Positions 8,964-15,896 of a stretch of 64,000 nt of DNA are shown piece after piece (the stretch's first letter is position 1; the number at the start of each line of letters is the position of its first letter). This stretch comes from a virus (Duplodnaviria; Caudoviricetes). Under the pieces are notes generated by a model. The model did no database searches. It was not told where the DNA came from and saw nothing but the letters and a program-made list of their open reading frames with translations. Location: IMG/VR virus record IMGVR_UViG_3300031466_000001, positions 148,289 through 212,288 of that record; one strand, 5' to 3'. Position numbers and translations under genes: made by a program.

Positions 8964-11117
8964 ATGAGCAGTAAAAACATTCAGATTCGTCACAAGAATG
9001 GTAGTGAATGGGATAATTTATACCCAAAAACAAAAGCGGAATTAGTAGAAGGTCTTGATGAGCAACTTGCCGGAAAGGTTGATAAAGAAGAAGGTAAAGG
9101 TCTTTCTACTGAAGATTATACTACAGAAGAAAAGAATAAACTTGCGGGCATTGAGGAAGGAGCCAACAAATACGTTCATCCAACTAGTGCTGGTAATAAA
9201 CATATTCCTTCTGGCGGTGCGCCTAACCAGGTACTTAAATATGGCGGTTCGTCAGGAACCGCAACATGGGGTGCTCTGACATCTGCAGATATTCCTACAT
9301 TGGCTCTTAGTAAGATTTCCGATGCAGGTACAGCAGCTTCCAGAGATATCGGTACTTCTGCTGGTAATGTGCCTGTATTGGATAGCAATGGTAAACTTGA
9401 TGTTAATGTCCTTCCTGCAATTGCTATTTCGGATACTTTCGTTGTCGGAAGCGAAGGAGAAATGCTGGGTCTTACTGCGGAAGTTGGTGATATCGCGGTA
9501 CGATCGGATATCAACAAAACATTCATTTTGAGAGCAGAACCTGCATCCGTAGTTGGCAACTGGCAAGAACTTTTGACTCCGACTTCCCCTGTACAATCTG
9601 TTGCAGGTAAAACCGGTGCAGTTACACTGGTTAAAGGTGACGTGGGACTCGGAAACGTCCAAAACTATGGAATAGCAACACAGGAAGAAGCAGAAGCCGG
9701 AACGTCCGATACCGCGTACATGACGCCGCTTAAAACAGCGCAGGCGATTGCTGCACTTGCACCCGCGCCGGATGCTTCGGAAGTTTCGCTTAGTTCACCG
9801 AATTTCACTTCTACCAACGTCCGGGATGGAATGGATGAACTTTTTCAATCTGTCAGTGATGGGAAAAATCAGATCGCTTCCGCCATCACTGACATGGGAC
9901 AGTCTGCTTCAGGAGGCGACACGTTTGCGCAGTTGTCAAGCAAAATTCGGGACATCTCCAAGGACGCGAACGCGGCTGTTGGGGATGTTTTGACCGGTAA
10001 GACGTTTTATCAGGGCGGAGTAAAGCGCACCGGCACGATGCCCAATAACGGATCGGTTTCCCAAACGCTGACATCACAAGGCGAAGAATACACGATCCCG
10101 GAGGGATACCACGACGGCACCGGCACGGTCACGACCGACATCGTGAATCTGTCCGCAGGAAATATCCGAGCCGGTGCGACGGTAGGCGGCGTTGATGGTA
10201 CGTTCACTAGCGACGCGACAGCCACGGCTGGTCAAATCTTGTCTGGCCGGACGGCGTATGTTAACGGCTCGAAGGTAACCGGCAGCATGATCAACAATGG
10301 AGCCGTCAGTCAAACCTTGACCACGCAGGGGGCGTCGTACACAATCCCGGCAGGTTATCACAATGGCAGCGGCACAGTCACGGCCAATATCACCAACTTG
10401 ACGGCGGCCAATATCAAGGCTGGTACGACGGTCGGCGGCGTATCTGGAACATTCACAAGCGACGCAACCGCAACAGCCGCACAAATCTTGTCTGGCCGGA
10501 CGGCGTATGTTAACGGCTCGAAGGTAACCGGCACGATGCCAGTCAAAACAAATGATTATGGCGCACCGCGTACAGGCCAAACTGGGCGTCTGTATGTGAC
10601 ACCGGAAGCAGGATACCATGACGGGACTGTAAGGGTCTATACGGACGACGCTAATTTTAATGCTGCCAATATCAAGTCTGGGGTTACGCTGTTCGGAATA
10701 ACCGGTACGTATGCGCCGATTTCCGTAGGTAGTACAACCCTGACATTTAACCGATCCGGCTCCGGTAACAATGTTACGTCGATTATCTATTATGCGAATT
10801 ACACGCCGCCCAAGACAAACTTTTTGGGGTCGTTCCAAATACCCGTTACGTTCACAATCGGGAACATTGAATATAAAGGAGACCCGTTTAACAGCATCAC
10901 GATCGGATATCCGACAAACCTAATCTTCGGCTATGGTTTGTACATTGTCGACCCGACCGTTAATGCAGAAATACAAATCAGCGCCATTTATAATAGTAGC
11001 ACTGGCCGTATTCAACTACAGATTGGTAACCCGTCCACAGCAAGTCCTAAAGCGTTGTTTACCAATATCAGCACCAATAGCTTTACAGCGGGTTTACGGT
11101 ATGTTTCATGGGAGTGA
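8964..11117 (+). CDS. chimeric tail fibre protein (phage N-terminus + GC-rich acquired C-terminus)
   Basis: LYPKT N-terminus, GKGLSTEDYTTEEKNKLAGIEEGAN, SVAGKTGAVTL, DATATAxQILSGRTAYVNGSKVTG and YTIPxGYHxGxG repeats; abrupt GC rise after about 9650. Confidence 0.85.
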   Translation: MSSKNIQIRHKNGSEWDNLYPKTKAELVEGLDEQLAGKVDKEEGKGLSTEDYTTEEKNKLAGIEEGANKYVHPTSAGNKHIPSGGAPNQVLKYGGSSGTATWGALTSADIPTLALSKISDAGTAASRDIGTSAGNVPVLDSNGKLDVNVLPAIAISDTFVVGSEGEMLGLTAEVGDIAVRSDINKTFILRAEPASVVGNWQELLTPTSPVQSVAGKTGAVTLVKGDVGLGNVQNYGIATQEEAEAGTSDTAYMTPLKTAQAIAALAPAPDASEVSLSSPNFTSTNVRDGMDELFQSVSDGKNQIASAITDMGQSASGGDTFAQLSSKIRDISKDANAAVGDVLTGKTFYQGGVKRTGTMPNNGSVSQTLTSQGEEYTIPEGYHDGTGTVTTDIVNLSAGNIRAGATVGGVDGTFTSDATATAGQILSGRTAYVNGSKVTGSMINNGAVSQTLTTQGASYTIPAGYHNGSGTVTANITNLTAANIKAGTTVGGVSGTFTSDATATAAQILSGRTAYVNGSKVTGTMPVKTNDYGAPRTGQTGRLYVTPEAGYHDGTVRVYTDDANFNAANIKSGVTLFGITGTYAPISVGSTTLTFNRSGSGNNVTSIIYYANYTPPKTNFLGSFQIPVTFTIGNIEYKGDPFNSITIGYPTNLIFGYGLYIVDPTVNAEIQISAIYNSSTGRIQLQIGNPSTASPKALFTNISTNSFTAGLRYVSWE
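9569..9643 (+). repeat. 75-bp perfect direct repeat, copy 1 (copy 2 at 11601..11675)
   Basis: ACTTTTGACTCCGACTTCCCCTGTACAATC...GGTTAAAGGTGACGT is identical at both sites, 2032 bp apart. Confidence 0.95.
10233..10533 (+). repeat. internal 249-bp (83-aa) tandem duplication with 52-bp identical cores
   Basis: CAAATCTTGTCTGGCCGGACGGCGTATGTTAACGGCTCGAAGGTAACCGGCA at 10233 and 10482. Confidence 0.9.
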
Positions 11118-11167
11118 AATCGTGATGACGAGAGAGGACTCATTATACAGATCGCATCGGCGGCCAA

Positions 11168-11212
11168 GCCGAGCAATATAAACAAATCACCGGATTTGAT
11201 TATGAAGCGTAA
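11168..11212 (+). pseudogene. 3-prime remnant of an XkdX-like gene (1)
   Basis: AEQYKQITGFDYEA* with no in-frame start (TGA at 11126); followed by a GC hairpin at 11212-11236. Confidence 0.6.
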
Positions 11213-11269
11213 GGCTCCGCCGAATAGGCGGGGCCTCATAATCTGCACAGTGTGGTACAATTAGACGCT

Positions 11270-11320
11270 ATGACGGCAGAAGAATATGAGCAGATTACGA
11301 GCGAGCCGTACACACCCTAA
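11270..11320 (+). pseudogene. 3-prime remnant of an XkdX-like gene (2)
   Basis: MTAEEYEQITSEPYTP* matches the XkdX C-terminal ITxEEYxxITGxxY pattern. Confidence 0.6.
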
Positions 11321-11342
11321 TTAGGCGCAGAGACGTGTAATT

Positions 11343-11369
11343 AGACCCTGCTTAATGCGGGGTCTTTTT
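11343..11369 (+). terminator. intrinsic terminator inside the cassette
   Basis: AGACCCTGC-TTAAT-GCGGGGTCT followed by TTTT. Confidence 0.75.
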
Positions 11370-11517
11370 GTTGACTTCGTAGTGACAAAAGGGAAATTTT
11401 ATACGATAATAGTGTTAAAGTACTCGTAAAGTACGATTACGTTACCGTCGCTGGAAGGGGTGGAAAAGTTCCGATGGACTTTACGAGCCTTGGAGAGTAC
11501 GGCGTAGGAATCGCGTC

Positions 11518-12195
11518 ATGACTTCTCCCGATGGTATAAACTGGACGATTCGTTCAACTCCGGCGGATAACAACTGGTATTCCGTCACTTATGGCAACGG
11601 ACTTTTGACTCCGACTTCCCCTGTACAATCTGTTGCAGGTAAAACCGGTGCAGTTACACTGGTTAAAGGTGACGTTGGTCTTGATAATGTTGAAAACTAC
11701 GGTATCGCTTCTCAAGCTGATGCTGAAGCCGGAACAGCAAATAATAAATACATGACCCCTGCGAGAGTTAAGCAAGCAATTGATGCGTTTGCTGCTCCTA
11801 AAGAGCATCAACATGTCGCTTCGGATATCACTCAAGATTCGACTCACCGTTTTGTAACTGATGCAGAAAAAGCTGCATGGAATGCAAAAGCAGACAAAAC
11901 GGTAGCTACTACCAGCAATAACGGCTTGATGTCGTCCGCTGATAAAGCAAAACTCGATGGAATCGAAGCTGGCGCCAATAAGTACGTACATCCGACTGGC
12001 GATGGTAATCTCCATGTGCCTCCAACTGGAACCAGCAACAACAATAAAGTGCTGAAAGCAGGGGCTACTGCTGGAAGCCTTTCCTGGGGTTATGTTAATT
12101 GGAATGAAGTAGATGGTAAACCTGTTAACCTTGCATCTATTGTGGTTTCTGGTACTGAACCTACAAATGCTGATTTCTGGTATCAGGAAATTTAA
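11518..12195 (+). CDS. displaced original C-terminal half of the tail fibre, fused to a foreign SPDGINWT repeat fragment
   Basis: From 11602 it continues the 8964 reading frame across the direct repeat (DNVENYGIAS...HRFVTDAEK...DKAKLDGIEAGANKYVHP...EPTNADFWYQEI); the first 28 aa are a foreign propeller-repeat remnant. Confidence 0.7.
   Translation: MTSPDGINWTIRSTPADNNWYSVTYGNGLLTPTSPVQSVAGKTGAVTLVKGDVGLDNVENYGIASQADAEAGTANNKYMTPARVKQAIDAFAAPKEHQHVASDITQDSTHRFVTDAEKAAWNAKADKTVATTSNNGLMSSADKAKLDGIEAGANKYVHPTGDGNLHVPPTGTSNNNKVLKAGATAGSLSWGYVNWNEVDGKPVNLASIVVSGTEPTNADFWYQEI
11601..11675 (+). repeat. 75-bp perfect direct repeat, copy 2
   Basis: Identical to 9569..9643. Confidence 0.95.
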
Positions 12196-12412
12196 TTTAA
12201 TCTATTTGTGAATAGTCTATAAATTAAATGAAAAAACACTTTTTGGGGTCGGATGGATTAAAAAGTCCATCCGACCGCCAAGTTTCTATTATAATATAGA
12301 CAGACAACTATATTTACCAAAATTTAAATGGAAAACAAAAATGTAATAAATATTTATTCTATCTGTATTTATAAGGAGAATTAACAAAATATAAAGAACG
12401 GAGGTATTTTAA

Positions 12413-13162
12413 ATGGCAAAAAATATACTACAGAAACAATACGTACCTGGTGTCGGATGGGTTGAGCTTCATCCAATTACTAAAGCGTCCAATATTATAG
12501 ATTCAAACGGTCTTAGTGTACAAGAGCATATTGATGCTAAAAATCCACATGGAACTGATAAAAGTGATGTAGGTCTTGGTAATGTTGAAAACTATGGTAT
12601 TGCATCTAAAACTGAAGCCGAAGCCGGAACTGCAAGTAACAAGTACATGACACCACAAAGAACTTCCCAGGCAATTGCAGCTTTGTCGCCTGTGAAGTCG
12701 GTTGCTGGTAAGACGGGTGCAGTGACTCTCGTAAAGGGAGATGTAGGTCTCGGAAACGTTGAGAACTATGGCATTGCATCTAAAACTGAAGCCGAAGAGG
12801 GAACTGCAAGTAATAAGTATATGACTCCTGAGAGAACATCTCAGGCGATTGCTGTTCAAGCCCAGGCTATTGCAGATGAAGTTGAAAACAGATCAAAAGA
12901 GTATGCTGATCTGTTGATGGAACAGAAGATTATTGAAATTCCTTCTAGGTCAGGTAAAGACGAGAATGGAATTTTCACGATCGTTGAATATTACAGACCA
13001 AATAATACATTAGCACGAAAAACCGAACTTAGCGGTGGGTCGTCTCCGAATTATACAACAAGAACCATAACCTTCTATGCAGAAGACGGTATGACTGTGA
13101 CAAAAACAGTCACAAGAACCTTAATTTATGATGAGGATGGAGATTTCCTGCGAGAAGAATAA
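12413..13162 (+). CDS. tail fibre/adaptor protein
   Basis: LHPITKA N-terminus, two DVGLGNVENYGIASKTEAExGTASNKYMTP modules, late-type motif at 12334-12345. Confidence 0.75.
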   Translation: MAKNILQKQYVPGVGWVELHPITKASNIIDSNGLSVQEHIDAKNPHGTDKSDVGLGNVENYGIASKTEAEAGTASNKYMTPQRTSQAIAALSPVKSVAGKTGAVTLVKGDVGLGNVENYGIASKTEAEEGTASNKYMTPERTSQAIAVQAQAIADEVENRSKEYADLLMEQKIIEIPSRSGKDENGIFTIVEYYRPNNTLARKTELSGGSSPNYTTRTITFYAEDGMTVTKTVTRTLIYDEDGDFLREE

Positions 13163-13203
13163 AAATAAGGGATAAGGTATTTAACCTTATCCTTTATTTT
13201 TTT
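13161..13203 (+). terminator. intrinsic terminator
   Basis: AAAATAAGGGATAAGGT-ATTTA-ACCTTATCCTTTATTTT followed by a T-run. Confidence 0.75.
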
Positions 13204-13444
13204 ACATTGAAATTCACTTCAAAAATATCATCCTAATTACAGTTATTTTTCCATCGTTAATAGAGATTAATAAAAATAAGAATTTCGTGACAAAAACAGA
13301 TACATAATAAGATAAAAAATATCCTTAAATGTCATATGATTAATTCTATTTCATCATAACCAAAAAATTGTGAGATCTCAAATCTCGGGAACTCAAATTG
13401 TAATTGAGTTTGTGAGTAAAATTATAGATTAATAAAAAATTGGG

Positions 13445-15583
13445 GTGAAAGAAGTGAACGATTTAATTTATCATGGGTTAATTGGGAAAAAAATTGATTC
13501 TGTAGAGGTGCTAAATAATGAATTTATTGCTACAGATGACAATGTGGAGCTGGCTAGTTCATATAATTTACCTAATACTGGACGCTCTGTCTCATTCTCT
13601 CCCGATGGTCAATATATAGCTGTAGGACATAGTGGTTCTCCTTATTTTACTCTATTAAAAAGAAATGGAGATAATGTAAAACTAGCTAGTAATTATATAT
13701 TACCTAGTACTGGCTATGGTGTATCATTCTCTCCCGATGGTCAATATATAGCTGTAGCACATACTGCTTCTCCTAATTTTACTTTACTAAAAAGAAATGG
13801 AGATAATGTAGAATTAGCTAGTACTTATACATTACCTGGCAATGGAAACTCTGTATCATTCTCTCCTGATGGTCAATATATAGCTGTAGGATATGATCTT
13901 TCTCCTCGTTTTACTTTACTAAAAAGAAATGGAGATAATGTAGAATTAGCTAGTAATTATATATTACCTGGTATTGGACGTTCTGTCTCATTCTCTCCCG
14001 ATGGTCAATATATAGCTGTAGGGCATTATGCTTCTCCTTATTTTACTCTATTAAAAAGAAATGGAGATACTGTAGAACTAGCTAGTACTTATACATTACC
14101 TAGTGATGGCTTAGGTGTATCATTCTCTCCTGATGGTCAATATATAGCTGTAGCACATAATGGTTCTCCTTATTTTACTTTACTAAAAAGAAATGGAGAT
14201 AATGTAGAATTAGCTAGTACTTATACACTATCTAACTATGGCTTTGGTGTATCATTCTCTCCCGATGGTCAATATATAGCTGTAGGATATTATGGTTCTC
14301 CTTATTTTACTTTACTAAAAAGAAATGGAGATAATGTAGAATTAGCTAGTACTTATACATTACCTGGCAATGGCACGGGTGTATCATTCTCTCCCGATGG
14401 TCAATATATAGCTGTAGGACATTTTAGTTCTCCTTATTTTACTCTATTAAAAAGAAATGGAGTACAAGAAGCCATCGAAATTAAAACTAAAGTAAATGTT
14501 ATTAAAGAAATTGATGGTCAGTTAAAAGAGGTTAAAAGTAATAAGATATTTAGAGATGTAAAAGAATTAGTTTATAAGAATAATTATGAAAAAGTACTAC
14601 TAGCTGATACTTATACATTACCCAATATCGCCACGGGTGTATCATTTTCTCCCGATGGTCAATATATAGCTGTAGGACATTATGATTCTCCTTATTTTAC
14701 TTTACTAAAAAGAAATGGAGATAATGTAGAATTAGCTAGTAATTATACATTAACTGGTAATGCTGGAGGTGTATCATTCTCTCCTGATGGTAAATATATA
14801 GCTGTAGCATATTATGGTTCTCCTTATTTTACTCTATTAAAAAGAAATGGAGATAATGTAGAACTAGCTAGTACTTATACATTACCTAGTTATGGCCATG
14901 GTGTATTATTCTCTCCCGATGGTCAATATATAGCTGTAGCACATTGGGGTTCTCCTCATTTTACTTTACTAAAAAGAAATGGAGATAATGTAGAACTAGC
15001 TAGTAATTATACATTACCTGATATTGGCTTGAGAGTATCATTCTCTCCCGATGGTCAATATATAGCTGTAGGACATTATGGTTCTCCTTATTTTACTCTA
15101 TTAAAAAGAAATGGAGATACTGTAGAACTAGCTAGTACTTATACATTACCTGGTGCTACCGAAAATGTATCATTCTCTCCCGATGGTCAATATATAGCTG
15201 TAGGATATTATGGTTCTCCTTATTTTACTCTATTAAAAAGAAATGGGGATACTGTAGAATTAGCTAGTAATTATACATTACCTAATATTGGATACTCTGC
15301 CCCATTCTCTCCCGATGGTCAATATATAGCTGTAGCACATAATGGTTCTCCTTATTTTACTTTACTAAAAAGAAATGGAGATAATGTAGAATTAGCTAGT
15401 ACTTATACATTACCTGGTGATGGCTATAGTGTATCATTCTCTCCTGATGGTCAATATATAGCTGTAGGACATAATGGTTCTCCTTATTTTACTTTACTAA
15501 AAGCAGGAGGAACTTTTTCAAAAACCCCTCCAATCTTTATTGAATATAGAGGTAAAAGATATAAGATGCGTACAATTAATTGA
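13445..15583 (+). CDS. double 7-bladed WD40-like beta-propeller protein A (putative receptor-binding protein)
   Basis: 14 copies (7 + linker + 7) of a 44-aa unit DNVELASTYTLPxxxxxVSFSPDGQYIAVxxxxSPxFTLLKRNG; in the tail-fibre module; late-type motif at 13295-13306. Confidence 0.85.
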   Translation: MKEVNDLIYHGLIGKKIDSVEVLNNEFIATDDNVELASSYNLPNTGRSVSFSPDGQYIAVGHSGSPYFTLLKRNGDNVKLASNYILPSTGYGVSFSPDGQYIAVAHTASPNFTLLKRNGDNVELASTYTLPGNGNSVSFSPDGQYIAVGYDLSPRFTLLKRNGDNVELASNYILPGIGRSVSFSPDGQYIAVGHYASPYFTLLKRNGDTVELASTYTLPSDGLGVSFSPDGQYIAVAHNGSPYFTLLKRNGDNVELASTYTLSNYGFGVSFSPDGQYIAVGYYGSPYFTLLKRNGDNVELASTYTLPGNGTGVSFSPDGQYIAVGHFSSPYFTLLKRNGVQEAIEIKTKVNVIKEIDGQLKEVKSNKIFRDVKELVYKNNYEKVLLADTYTLPNIATGVSFSPDGQYIAVGHYDSPYFTLLKRNGDNVELASNYTLTGNAGGVSFSPDGKYIAVAYYGSPYFTLLKRNGDNVELASTYTLPSYGHGVLFSPDGQYIAVAHWGSPHFTLLKRNGDNVELASNYTLPDIGLRVSFSPDGQYIAVGHYGSPYFTLLKRNGDTVELASTYTLPGATENVSFSPDGQYIAVGYYGSPYFTLLKRNGDTVELASNYTLPNIGYSAPFSPDGQYIAVAHNGSPYFTLLKRNGDNVELASTYTLPGDGYSVSFSPDGQYIAVGHNGSPYFTLLKAGGTFSKTPPIFIEYRGKRYKMRTIN
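13538..15502 (+). repeat. array of 14 near-identical 132-bp repeats
   Basis: TCATTCTCTCC(C/T)GATGGTCAATATATAGCTGTAG and AAAAGAAATGGAGATAATGTAGAA recur every 132 bp, interrupted once by a linker. Confidence 0.97.
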
Positions 15584-15879
15584 TATGGGGATTTAAAATA
15601 AAAGATTTATATTTACATGAAATAATAAAAAGACATGCTTCAGCAAAAATACTAAAAAAAAATAAATTCAATTATACTGATGATGGACTAAATCTTATAA
15701 GATCATATATTTCATCATATATTGTATATGATGTGTCATTTCCCCCTTTGGTCAATTTATTCACGGTTCGTGACACGCTTTTCACCTTATTAAAGGCTAG
15801 TGATATATTTAAATCAAACCCCTTCCCAACTATTGTCGAATGTAGAGGGAGAAAATATAGAGTTAGGGAAAAATCTTAA
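15580..15879 (+). CDS. collapsed/degenerate paralog of the propeller proteins (N- and C-caps with one decayed repeat)
   Basis: DLYLHEIIKRH...KILKKNKFNYTDD matches EELYFHELLRQ...NILNNKFIATDD; FTLLKA...TIVECRGRKYRV matches FTLLKA...IFIEYRGKRYKM. Confidence 0.65.
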   Translation: MIWGFKIKDLYLHEIIKRHASAKILKKNKFNYTDDGLNLIRSYISSYIVYDVSFPPLVNLFTVRDTLFTLLKASDIFKSNPFPTIVECRGRKYRVREKS

Positions 15880-15896
15880 TAAAGGAGGTAAGTAAT

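Larger units (their letters stand above)
9644..11600 (+). mobile_element. horizontally acquired tail-fibre cassette bounded by direct repeats
   Basis: GC about 50% with GCG/ACG/CCG codons against the AT-rich background; flanked by the 75-bp repeats; contains a fibre C-terminus, xkdX-like remnants and terminators. Confidence 0.7.

Noticed and set aside
9569-11675. Invertase shufflon or IS/transposon
   Set aside because: The repeats are direct, 75 bp long and coding; no recombinase or transposase is present in the window.
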